Below are positions 1 through 11,684 of a stretch of 42,513 nt of DNA, piece by piece. How positions within the stretch are numbered: the first letter of the stretch is position 1; each line of letters begins with the position of its first letter. The translations under genes and the position numbers were made by a program. This stretch comes from Octopus bimaculoides (taxonomy: Eukaryota), in assembly GCF_001194135.2 (NCBI RefSeq), contig NC_068998.1:29502121-29544633 (forward strand), in the 5' to 3' direction. The notes under the pieces are model-generated. The model was not told the origin of the DNA. It ran no database searches and was given only the letters and a program-made list of their open reading frames with translations.

Positions 1-399
1 GGAGCACGTGTAGAGTTCTACAAATTACATTCAGTGTATCCTTTCAAATGTCTTCAATCTGGCGCGCCAAGTCCGGAAATAACTCTGCAGTTAATAAATT
101 TTTGCAGCTAATTTACCGGTTTGAGAATAATACTATCTAAAATTTATTAATAAGGGTAGAAATTGATATTAATCAATTAAAACCAGTGGTCTAGCATATA
201 AAAAAAATCCGAAGAGATTAAAATTATATTACATACAAAAATAAGAGGAATGACCAGCAAAAGTGGACTCCTGTATGCTAGAAATAGATGCCGAATCATC
301 TAACCACGAAAAATATGTTCTCATTAAAAATTTTGCGACACAACAGACTGTAAAAGGGCAAGACAAATGAAAAAATACTAAATAAAAAAAACGATTAAC

Positions 400-464
400 C
401 TACGTACCATGGTTTCACCTGTTAAAATTTACATAAGTAAATATCTGCAGGATCATCAGCGTAG
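400..464 (-). ncRNA. Minimal type-I hammerhead ribozyme (self-cleaving RNA), apparently intact
   Basis: Minus strand reads CUACG-CUGAUGA-U-CCUG-cagauauuuacuuauguaaauuuuaa-CAGG-U-GAAAC-CAUG-GUA-CGUAG. It has the complete catalytic core, a 5-bp stem I (CUACG/CGUAG), stem II (CCUG/CAGG plus inner AUUUAC/GUAAAU), a palindromic stem III (ACCAUGGU) and a GUA cleavage triplet. Confidence 0.85.
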
Positions 465-706
465 TCTGTCGATTTATAAAATATAATTTCCAGAACTAGA
501 CACATATTAGTGTAGAATGTGAACATAATTTATTATGCACGAAACGATTATTACATGAAGAAAGCTGTGAAAGTTCCAATTCATCACTGAAACTGTAAAA
601 ATCTGTAAAGCTTTTCAGAAGTTTATCATTTAAGTATATATGAGCATGTCTAGGTATGCAACTATATGCATAAGAATACATATATACAAAACATACAAAT
701 CTGCAC

Positions 707-930
707 ACATACATACATACATACATACATACATACATACATACATACCCTGTTGTTGATGTTGAAATTCCAATGAAGGCGCCTTCGATCTAGGTTAGAA
801 ACCAGCTCTTTCTCCATTGGCAAGAAATCTTGAAATAAAACTGAACTATCACATACATACATACATGCATACATACATTACATATATACATACATACATA
901 CATACATACATGCATTACATACATACATAC
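707..930. repeat. (ATAC)n microsatellites interrupted by about 100 bp of unique-looking sequence
   Basis: Direct reading of ATAC runs at about 707-748 and 851-930. Confidence 0.95.
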
Positions 931-1710
931 AGACATACGTTCATACCAAGGCCAACATTCTCCTTGTTGGCTATTTGAAAGCATCTCTGCAAATCTTGTC
1001 ATATAACCCTTCACAGTTATTAAACAAGCAGCACGAAGCCTTTTCTACGTGTATCCACAGGCGTCATACCTAATTAAATTTGTACATCTACAGTATCTTC
1101 GCATCTTTTCCTTCATCTCTAGATCACCTTTCTCTCTTTTATTCCATACTCAACGCCTCCCACTTAGATTATAGCTAATAGAATATACTTTTAGCTGCAA
1201 CACCCTCGTAATTAATTGAACTAGGCTTCTCTCCTCGTGGTGTGGAGCTATATACGAATTAATGATGTATATAATTAATCAATCTTTTCAGCTCTCTTTA
1301 CTAATTTAATATGATATCTAGTTCTTATTGTCAATTAGTTCTGTATTTCATTATAGGTAAACTTAGTTAATACATGTCTCTAATTTATTTATTTATTTAT
1401 TTATTTATATTTACTTTTGACTTATTCTTAATTTAGCATTTTAAATCTTATTTTCACCCCTAAGTTCCCATGGAGCATGCACTTTCATTAACACAACAAA
1501 TTTTAATATTTTTAATTTCATATTTTATATTTTATATTTAATTCTATGGACAACCTAAATATATCCTCACTTTTACTATTAGCCTCAGAATTTCATTATC
1601 TTTTACAACCGCTGTATTACAATTACTACTCCCTGCCTCCCATTTCTGCTAACTCTGGCCAGCCTTGGTGGTCATTTGGCATCATCTGGCATCTGCAATT
1701 TTTTATCCCT

Positions 1711-1711
<1 letters not shown>

Positions 1712-1768
<57 letters not shown>

Positions 1769-1786
1769 ATCTATCTATCTATCTAT
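1712..1786. repeat. (TATC)n microsatellite
   Basis: Direct reading. Confidence 0.95.
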
Positions 1787-2107
1787 CGATATGCACTCCC
1801 TAACCTCTCTCTACTAGCATACCTTCACTATACTGACTAGTATATATCTACCTTATTACATCCACCTATCTGTCTTACTTTCTGATTATAGTATAATATT
1901 CCTGTTCTATCCTCGTTCATTCTCTATTCATAACTGATAACTTCTACTATTCCTCGCCATAGATTATCATTTGAAGCTGTCATTGGATGTTACCTATAAC
2001 TGTATTTTTTAAAATTTTATCATGGATCTACCTATTTTACTCTGATCCTTCCCCCACTTTTGACGAACTAATATCCTCGACTTGCCTCCACTTTTACATC
2101 TCTCTGG

Positions 2108-2200
2108 CTCCTCTGATGATGGTATACGTACCCTTTGGAATCCCTACTCCATATGATGATCCACACGATTGGTAATTTTAAAAACAGCTGTAAGTGACTC
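2108..2200 (+). ncRNA. Degenerate hammerhead-like motif with long domain II
   Basis: CTGATGA at 2113-2119, hairpin GGTA-TACG-TACC, then AAAACAGCTGTA at 2181-2192 (GAAAC with G>A, palindromic CAGCTG, GUA triplet). Same downstream signature as 32373-32463. Confidence 0.45.
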
Positions 2201-3380
2201 TGTATGTCTATATTCTCTATCTAAATTAAATCTGTCCTTCAGTTTTTGTAATACCTGTAAAAAGAATTTGGAAGTTTGCGCCTCTAACCAGGCCTCTGTA
2301 GCAGCGACTACTTCCGAATCGGAGTGAAATTTCGTTCCCTTGAGATATTTCTTCAGTTGTAGAAAGAGGTGATAGTCGGAGGAGGCCAAGTCAGGAAAAT
2401 AAGGTGGGTGGTCAACCAATTCGAAGCCAAAGTCGCGTATTTTCCATTGAGTTTCATGTATTGTGTGTGCTGGTGCATTGTCCTGCAAAAACACACCATC
2501 ACGGTTCCGCTTTCCACTGCGTTTCTACTCCAAAAATTCACACAGTTCTTCCAACAGAGACATGTAGTATTCTGCGATGATGGTGCGACCCTTTAGTAGG
2601 TATTTTATGAGGAGTATTCCGTCTTTGTCCCAGAACACTGAAGCCAGAATATTTCCAGCTAACTTTTGGGTACCGAACTTCTTGGGACGCGATGAACCGC
2701 TGAGGCGCCACTCCATTTATTGCTGCTTGGTCTGGGGATCATAATGATGAAGCCAAGTTTCATTTATGCTATTAAACAAGCAATAAAATCAACCTCTCCC
2801 GCCTCGAGCCGGTCCTAAATCGCCTTTGATGTCGTCATTCTGATGCGCTTCTGATCTGCGTTCAGGCATTTCGGCATCCATTTTGTGGAAAGCTTTCTCA
2901 TGTATAAAATGTTGTGGAACATGTGGCCAACTCTTTCGCGGGAAATCCACAAAGTCTCAGCTACAACTTTAGCTGAAATCTGGCAGTCCTCAAGAATCAT
3001 GAAGTGCACAGCGTCAGCTTTGTCCTTTGTGGTCGCGGAAGTTGGCCGTCCTGACCAGTCTGAAAATGTCCACAGTGGAGTAAGATGGGTAGCTGTCCTT
3101 CAAGACATCCTTCATCTTGCCATGGAGTTCCGCCACTCCTTTGCCTTGCAAAAGGAAAAACAAAAAGAAATCTCCATGACCGCCCGTATTTCAATTTTAG
3201 CACAATCCACTGTAGCAGCTGCCATCGTGCGTTAAATCTGCAAAAAAAAAAGAGGAAGATATATTGTATACCATTATGAGTTTTTGCATATCTTCTAAAT
3301 AGTTATCCTACCTCTCTGGTAATAGCTCTACCCTTTCGCGGTACCCTTAAAGCCAGGAACTTTTTCAGTACCCCCTCGTA
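2201..3380 (-). mobile_element. Mariner (DD34D) transposon, decayed, 3' TIR missing
   Basis: 5' terminus TA-CGAGGGGGTACTGAAAAAGTTCCTGGC (TA at 3379-3380). ATG at 3225 (MAAATVDCAKIEIRAVM). Motifs WMPKCL, HHYDPETKQQ, SVFWDKDG and QDNAPAH...HPPYFPDLASSDY with 34 residues between the two catalytic Asp. Several stops and frameshifts. Confidence 0.93.
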
Positions 3381-3578
3381 TATGTATGTTTATATAATGA
3401 AAGATAGATAGATAGATAGATAGATAGACAAACAGAATTGAATTATCAGTTTTCATTTAAATCGGTAATTTCCATATCCATGTGTGACAGTTTGATAGAA
3501 GTAACGAGGTAACTACTACTATAGCTAAATGGTCGAACCAGAAATTTACAGCGGAAGTTTATTATATTTCTTTTGAAA

Positions 3579-3745
3579 GGGAGATGAACTGGCAAATCAG
3601 AGCGTCGGCACAATGCCTGGGACGTTCTGAGTTCAAATCCCGCTGAGGTCAACTTTGCCTCCCATCCTTTGAGATCAATAAAGTACTAGTGAAGTACTGA
3701 GGTCGATGGTATCGACCACCCTCCTCAAAATTTATAGACTTGTGT
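3579..3745 (+). mobile_element. tRNA-derived SINE, family A (degenerate)
   Basis: B-box-like GAGTTCAAATCCC followed by GAGGTCAACTTTGCC...GGTCGATGGTATCGAC. Homologous to the copies at 9047-9257 and 33283-33488. Confidence 0.8.
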
Positions 3746-3765
3746 CGATGCCTTTTCTTAAAGAA

Positions 3766-3930
3766 AGCTGTGAGTTGGCAGAATCACTTCAGGGTCCGAA
3801 AGTATGGTCTTTGCATTCTGAGTTCAAATCGCTCTAAGGCCAATTTCCAGTGTTAATAAAATTAAGTATAGTGTCGATTAGCTTCATCCCCACAAAGTTA
3901 CTGGCCTTCTACCTATATTAGAAAAGAAAT
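3766..3930 (+). mobile_element. SINE family A, strongly degenerate tandem second copy
   Basis: GAGTTGGCAGAATC head, CTGAGTTCAAATC B-box and GGCCTT...ATTAGAAA tail. Confidence 0.6.
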
Positions 3931-4500
3931 TATATTTCTAGTTGGAACAAAGTTTTCGAATATTATTTATAGTAATATTTATACTTATTTAAAAATAATT
4001 AAAAAAAAACTGCAAGTGACAAACCATGCATAAATTTTTGATCACTTGATTTAAACAACTGTAATTATAGATGGTCGCGCGAACGTAAAGTGCCACATAC
4101 ATTCGGCATCAGACATGGCTTGATATTGTTTACTTTCTGCGGATGGTGAGTTGGTGTCAAGGCAACAGTCAGTGGTATGCTAAGGAAACATTCATTCTTG
4201 ATACAGACCACGTGATTGAGAATTACACTTTATTAATTTCCCAAACGAGGCGTTTCCACATTTGCCCATCTTCATCCACAGAGTAATGGCAAATTAGTCC
4301 CGATATGCAGAAGACATTGCTACTATTAGACACTAGCTAAACATACTTAAAAGGCATGGTAGTTGTTATTTTTCTAAGATTTGTACATCTTTCAGTGTTA
4401 TAACAGGTGTCACGAAAAGTAAAATATAAGTATCTGAATCAATGCGTGTTAGACATCTTCCAATCTTCAGTGTTTCTCTTAACATCTTCCGTATATATCA

Positions 4501-5814
4501 GTAACATCGTCCCAGTGCCAAAGAAGGGAGATCTCTCTAACACCAATAACTACAGGGGGATCTCACTGATGTCACTCGTGGCAAAGACCCTCAGCAGGAT
4601 GATTCTTACAAGGATCCAGTACGTGATGAAGAAGAAGCTCAGGGACAACTAGAACGGATTCAGAGAGGGAAGATCAACCACCAGTCACAACCTAATGCTG
4701 AGAAGGAAATTAGAGGAAGCTAGAGCAAAGAGTCTTCCTGCTGTCATGGTTTTCATTGACTTTAGGAAGGCATTTAATTCTGTGGACCGTCACTGCCTGA
4801 TGATCTTACAGGCTTATGGAATCCCCAAGAAGATACTGGGCCGGATATCACTGCTCTACACCAACACCAAAGCCCAAGTCGTTACATCTGACAGAATGAC
4901 AGAGTTCTTTGAGAGACTGATTGGAGTGCTTCAGGGAGATACAGTGGATCGNNNNNNNNNNNNNNNNNNNNNNNNNNNNNNNNNNNNNNNNNNNNNNNNN
5001 NNNNNNNNNNNNNNNNNNNNNNNNNNNNNNNNNNNNNNNNNNNNNNNNNNNNNNNNNNNNNNNNNNNNNNNNNNNNNNNNNNNNNNNNNNNNNNNNNNNN
5101 NNNNNNNNNNNNNNNNNNNNNNNNNNNNNNNNNNNNNNNNNNNNNNNNNNNNNNNNNNTATTAAAACGAAGTATCTAGTAAACAATATTAAGAAGCCAGA
5201 GAAGATTATGAATGTAGGCGGTAAGCCACTAGAGTCGGTTGAGGACTTCCTGTATCTGGGAGCAAAGATTGGGAATACAGAGGGTGATACAGTTGAGAGG
5301 AAGAGCAAAGCCTGGGTGGCATGCCACAATTTGAGATCTGTATGGAAGTCGGACCTTCGTAAAGACCTGAAGATCCGTATATTCGTTGCTGCAGTGGAGT
5401 CTGTGCTGTTGTATGGATCTTGGGCTTGAACACTGACCAAGAAACTCACTCAGATGGTGGATGGGTGCTACACGAGAATGCTGAGGATGGCTCTGAACAT
5501 TAATCAGTATACACTGAGGATGAAGAACTCAGAGCTGTACGAGAGCCATCCAATAGTTAAATCAAAAATAACACAGAGGAGACTGAGATTAGCTGGACAT
5601 CCTCACCGTCATTCAGATATGAGACTGCACCCAGTGCTCCTGTGGGAGCCCCTACATGGACACACTAGAAGAGGGAGACTGAGGATAACATATGTTGATG
5701 CCCTAAGGACAGACACTGGTCTCTGGGAGACACAGAATATGGCAGCGATGATGAGGGACAAAGACCGCTGGAGAGAACTCGTCCATGGATCTCGGGAATT
5801 TTACCCGCCCTAGG

Positions 5815-5871
<57 letters not shown>
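4501..5871 (+). mobile_element. RTE-clade LINE, 5'-truncated RT and C-terminus, ending in a (GATA)n tail
   Basis: IVPVPKKGDLSNTNNYRGISL, GFREGRST, FIDFRKAFNSV, GVLQGDT, FLYLG, ESVLLYG, RRLRLAGH, LLWEP...RRGR, RDKDRWR. In-frame stops at about 4650 and 5427; N-gap 4952-5158. Stop at 5813 runs directly into the tail. Confidence 0.92.
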
Positions 5872-5872
<1 letters not shown>

Positions 5873-6094
5873 TCACCCCTCCTACCTACTTTGTAGTTTG
5901 CTGATTATTGTGACATCTTTACTATAATCTCAGTTCCATTGGGATCTCACCGTTATTATAACCTCCTCTCTTTCACCTTCGTCATTACTTGCTGTCAACT
6001 CTATCAACAAGCAAAACCATTGAAATGCGTCTGTTAATTACAGCTACATCACCACCTGTTTACTGCTGCAATTACCAGTTTAACTATAGTCACT

Positions 6095-6170
<76 letters not shown>

Positions 6171-6324
6171 GTGCATATATACATACACACACACACACAC
6201 ATATATATGTATATATATATATGCATACATAAATATACGTACATATGCATATATACATATGTATATACATATGCATACACACACACACAAACACATACAC
6301 ACAAACACACACCACACGCGCGTG

Positions 6325-6367
<43 letters not shown>

Positions 6368-6400
6368 TGTCTGTCTCTACGTGCGTGCGTGCGTGTGTGC
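6095..6400. repeat. Compound microsatellite (TATC/TGTC/CA/TA/TG)
   Basis: Direct reading. Confidence 0.95.
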
Positions 6401-7324
6401 GCATTTTCTTGTTTATAGTAGTTGTTATGGTAGTGAGAATCATTGAGATTAACCTGGAGTGTTTGTATTGATCGAAATTGTAGCGGTGGTGGCTGTTATT
6501 GTGGTAGTGGTTGTAATGGCGATGGGGATGATAAGTATCTGTGTTGCTGTGTTCATATTGTTATCGGTGGTGATGATCGTGACAGTGAGTGATATTGACG
6601 ATGGCGATGACAAGAGTCATAGATGGAGGTATGGCAGTGATAGTTGCGAAACCAGTTGTTATGGTAGCGATGGCGACGATGATGATGATAACGATAGTGT
6701 CGCCCTTGCTAGCCGTGAGAACTGTTCCAAGTGCTTGTTTGGATTGGTTTGGTTTGCTGTCTCGCCAACTTCAATGTTGCCGAGGAGCCAGCAGTCCCAA
6801 TGTTGCTTACGGTCCATAGAAACAGATATAGACAGATATACAGATTGACAGAAATAGACATGCACTCGTATTGAAACAGCGTCACTTTCGTTTGATGTCT
6901 CTCAAACAATCTCTTATTATCTACTTTATTTTTTCCATCTTCAAGTTCAGTTTTCAGTAAACATTACATCGCCTCTCCATCTCGACACAATCTTTTAAGC
7001 CCTCCCTATTCTACATCTCTCCCTCTTTCTCTTAAGCAATAGCTCATTTTTGACAGTGGACGAAATTTTCCCTTATATATTACTACTATTTATCTAACTA
7101 GTTCTGAAATGAAAGACTATGATAAACCAGCTGTGGTTAAGTAACTCGTTATTTGTTCTCTAATGCAAATAAATTATCATAATTGTTAGAGACAGATGAA
7201 CAGCGGAGACAACTGAGTTATATATTTTTTCTTCTGTATTCAATTTTTGCCAAAACCACCTGTTATAACTTACAGCATTAATGAATGAGAACTCACCAAG
7301 TACTGCAATATATTTCATCAATTT

Positions 7325-7930
7325 CAACAAGGACCCGGTTACTGGAAGTTGAACGCGTTCTTACCGGCACACAAGGACGACAGGATTAGTTAAGCGGCAG
7401 TTGACAGGAGCAATCGTCAACAACCGGTGATGGGGCATTACTGATTCGAAATAAACTCTGTAGGCGTGGAAATGCCATCAGATCGGTTTGTCTGAGATAT
7501 GCACTGCGCGACAAAACCCTTCTGTACGTACTCGTTCAGTGTCCGGACTTGTAGAGTTAATGTCGAACAACTACTGTTGCGAGTGGGACAGCTCCGGTTA
7601 TCAACCGAATCCATAGTAACGATTACCTCGTCGCCCTCTTTTAACCGGGCTGGAAACGTAGTTTTCCAGTGTTTGATGCCAATAGTGAAAGAAGCTGTGT
7701 GGTGGGCGAGGCAGAAAAACTTGAGAAGAAAGAGAGGATGGAGAGAGAGAGAGAGGTGCTTTCTTCGAGTGAATTTCTCGAAAGATGTGTGAAAGTAACG
7801 AAAATAGCAAGAGTAGATGGCATCACTCATAAGTATAAGTCTCTTAGTGAAAGGGCAAGAATTGGAGAAGGCATTGGAAACCTTAGAGGGTGGGGTATTG
7901 TAACTGACCTAAGAAGTCCTCCTATATAAG
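7325..7930 (+). mobile_element. Tx1/L1-clade LINE remnant with the RT deleted
   Basis: GPGYWKLN (end of the APE domain) and TGAIVNNR*W join directly to ALLIRNKL...C...VLVQCP (C-terminal zf-RVT-like region) and EREVLSSSEFLERCVKV. Homologous to 27465-28075. Confidence 0.75.
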
Positions 7931-8599
7931 GACAATGACATCATCATCATTTGTTTTTAATTAATGCTATATACTTGCATTCATTACTTTTGGTGACACT
8001 ATATACCATGTATACTTATATTTTAAAAATCTTTCCATTCTATGGATATCCTTACACTTTAACTCTTACTCTCAGCTGGACTCTTCTTGGAATCCTGTTT
8101 CTCTCTCCCTCTGTCTGTCGGCCTATCTGTCTATCTGTCTGTCTCTGTGTGTCTCTCTTTTCCTCTCTCTCTATCATTATGACCACCACTACTTTAGCAA
8201 CTGTTTATTTGTCATTCTATTCCAGTTATTCCTTTTGAGTTACACAAAGGGCAGGTAGGAATATACTACTTTAGGATATACTACTGTAGTAACATATTGA
8301 TTAGGCTGACGTTCAGAGAGAAACAGGCTAATTAATTATGACGTAATTCTAGAAATATACGCGTCAAGAATATTTCTTCGTGACAACATCAGTAAAAATT
8401 TTTATAAAACTGAATTAATTCAAGTTTACATTATTAATATATGTGACATTAGAGAAGAAATGACATCTGAAAATAAAGACGTTATCTACATAATAAAGAA
8501 ATGCATCCACATTCAGCCTTCCAAGTATATATGTATAATATATTTATAAAGTATACCGAAATTTATTTTCAAGTGTCATTTCCCTTTAGTCATATCTAT

Positions 8600-8690
8600 G
8601 CATGCGTGCATGTATGCATACATACATCCATACATACATACATACATACATACATACATACATGCATGCATACATGCATACATACATACA

Positions 8691-8722
<32 letters not shown>

Positions 8723-8725
8723 GAC
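8600..8725. repeat. (CATA)n microsatellite
   Basis: Direct reading. Confidence 0.95.
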
Positions 8726-9046
8726 AGACAAACAAACAGTCAGACGAACATGCGTACATATATTAATTGGTACCGTATTTCGTTATGCAACCATAATATA
8801 CTACCAAGTATATTAAATGCGTACAAGTCTATTCTGTGCCTCACCTGTGTTAGCAGTGCTATTAAATCACTTTCAAAGAAAATCTGTTGAGATAACTTTA
8901 AAAAATGGCCTATACATACATACATACATATATACATACATGCATACATATATTCACACTACGTAAGTATATACTTGTGTGTATGTGTGTGTGCTTCATA
9001 TTAAATATCATTCAAATACCTTACGTATAATGTCTAAAATAATGAT

Positions 9047-9257
9047 TTCAAATTTTGGCAAGAGGCCAGCAATTTCGGGCGAGGGGTAAGCCGATTACAT
9101 CAACCCCAGTATTCAACTGGTACTTATTTTATCGACCTTGGAAGGATGAAAGGTAAAGTCGATCTCAGCGAAATTTGAACTCAGGACGTAAAGACGGTCG
9201 AAAGGCCGCTGAGCATTTTGCCCGGCGCGATAACGATTCTACTAGCTCACCGCCTTA
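9047..9257 (-). mobile_element. tRNA-derived SINE family A, near full length
   Basis: Reverse complement reads TAAGGCGGTGAGCTAGTAGAATCGTTA...CTGAGTTCAAATTTCGCTGAGATCGACTTTACCTTTCATCC...GTCGATAAAATAAGTACCAG...CTGGCCTCTTGCCAAAATTTGAAA. Confidence 0.9.
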
Positions 9258-11024
9258 ATAATGTCTGAAATGTTAAAATATTTTTTGTTAGAGATTGTGA
9301 TAAACTGCAATTGAGTTCAAGAAAAAAACTGCGACAAATATTACTGAAATCTTCGCGAAATCATTATTGATACAGGATATACAAAGTACAATTAATCTCA
9401 CTTTATCTAATTTGAAGGGCATGAAAAATGTTTTCCTTTCATCACACAGTCCTTTAAGGCGCAATCGCAAGTGTACCCGTACCTGTTTTGTTTAAAATGA
9501 TTTATGGCAGCAAATCCATTCACCAAAATGACTGTGCTTGCAGGAAAATAAAAAAAAAAAGGAGAGACGATGTGAACATGTGGTCGTTAAAAATATTTTC
9601 GGCATTAAAATGTATACATTTGCTTGCATCGAAGCATTTCCACAGTTCCACTACAACTTCAAGATGGTTGCTTTCGGCCATTCCGAAATTCCTGCTGCCA
9701 TTCAAAGCAAAATCGCAACCACGGTAATGGACGTGTCGAAATTGGCCTTAAGATCACAATTGAGTATTAGGTTTTTGATAAAGTTTTGTTTTTGTGGGTT
9801 ACTAAACATTATGACCTGAAGTCAGTTACATTCGTTCAAGACTCGCGCTATTGAGGACAAATCTCGTGCAACACCTCATAGCATCGTCACTACACTGAAG
9901 ACTGTTGTTAGGAAGATCTATCAGGTCTATCAATGTGGGTAAGGCAAAGAGAGCATCGTGCTTCTGCAGCAGTTTTCAATCAATTATACTGAAACTATCG
10001 TTCCCCATGTTACGACAATCAAACATGTGGAGATTTAACTTTCGACCTTTACATCCCTATTAGTTACTGGCTTTGAAACGTCCTAATACAAGCAATCTCA
10101 GTTTAGCCGCTTGATTCCGTGCGCGAGTGCGCGTGTGACTGTGCGCGCGCACGTGCTTGTGTGTGTGTGTGTGTGTGTGTATTATGCATTTTAGCTCTTA
10201 TTTCTGGCAGTGCTGGTGTTTTTTAACAGCCTAGTCACATCTAGTGACAATTATAATTCTCCTTTTTGGTGAAACATTGCAACCTGCTGTTTATATTAGT
10301 TGTGTGTGTGTGTGTGTGTGTGTGTGTATACACATAAAAAATAGAAAAACATGGCTAAGTAGACAGTTAAAGACCGAGTGTCAAACGCGAAATGGCCTGG
10401 GTGATAGTCAGAGAGAGGGATAGACAAACATATCAACAGAAAAAAGAGAGAGTGGGGGGGCAAAGTGTTTGCAAGAGAACATGGCAGGTGCTAATGACGG
10501 CTATAGTAGCCTATAAATCCCCGCCCTATATGATAAATAATTCCCGAGTGAAATCTAGAAACCTGTAAGTGGTCATTTATAATTTCAGTTGATACGTAAT
10601 GGACCCTATAATTGTGGTAGAAGTGGTCAAGTGCTGTGGAAGAGGTGATGGTAAATAGAAGTGGTGAAAGGACAGTGTCGTTGGTGTTTGAAGAGTGCAA
10701 AACTGATTGAACAGACCAATGATCAAAGACATTAGTTTTATAAAGTTACAATGAAATGGCTGTTGTTTCTAGCGGGTGTAACGGTCACCTGAATGCTTCC
10801 TCATTGGCTCATGAAATGCTGGCGTGATGTAATGGCTTTAGTTTTGACGAAATTAAAGCAACAGCAATCAGTAAGAAACATAATAAAAATAGTGATGATG
10901 CTATATAATCAACAACAGCACATTGACACTGCTATCAAGAATAGTGTTCGACAAGAAACTTATTATTTCTGTACATCAGTTAGCTTAGAAAGTGTGTGTT
11001 TAGATTCTTTGTAATGTTTACATG

Positions 11025-11680
11025 TACCTAGTATAGTCATGAATAGCGTTACAAAGAAAAACTTGAATTTCGGGATAATTAATGATCGCATTCAAATGAA
11101 ACTTTGAACATTTACTTGTAGGCTGCAAAAAAAAAAATTTTTTTTAAATAATAATAAAATAGATATAGAAAAAATCACAAAATTTATTCCAAAAAAGTTT
11201 CCCTCTATTATCGATACGATGCTTCAAACGTTCCGGCTTTTCATCTGTTGCAGTACGCACAATATTAACTGGAAAATTTCTCGTTAGAGTTACAAGAGCG
11301 CACTAAAGAGAATCCAAATTTTTGTGTGGCAGTCATCCCCTCCAACTTTGACAACAGTTTGTAATCCAGAGGATTCAAATCCGGACTCCCAGAGGGCCAA
11401 TCCACCACCTTGATGAAGTCAGGAACATTCTGTGACAGCCACTCCTGAGTAACCTTAGCTTTTTGCGCTGGGGCTGAGTCCTGCTGAAAGCTCCATTCTT
11501 TGCTATTGAACAAGGATTTATTAAGGCTCTTTACTTTACCCTCTTGGACATCAGTGATGTACACACGAGCCGTGGTTTTTTTCCTCTTTTTCACATAAAT
11601 GAAGCTCAGTCACCCCCAAACCATGACTGAGGCAGGGTGATGGGCTTTTGAACTTTGTGAACGACCTGTGCGTGAGGGTT
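11025..11680 (-). mobile_element. maT (DD37D) Tc1/mariner-superfamily transposon, 3' half with TIR
   Basis: WSFQQDSAPA...WPSGSPDLNPLDY with 37 residues between the Asp; HHPASVMVWG upstream. Terminus TA-CCTAGTATAGTCATGAATAGCGTTACA at 11025-11053 resembles the Bmmar1-type TIR as I recall it. Confidence 0.88.
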
Positions 11681-11684
11681 AACG

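Noticed and set aside
1185-1210. CACCCTCGTA as a second mariner TIR
   Set aside because: Only about 9 bp match, it has the same orientation as the 3380 terminus, and no transposase is adjacent.
5989-6848. ORFs rich in VC/HT/YI repeats here and throughout the window
   Set aside because: They are translations of di-, tri- and tetranucleotide repeats, with no domain signal.
9895-9925. CTGAAGA...GGAAG near-hammerhead
   Set aside because: GAAA is broken, and there is no stem I or III. Likely chance.
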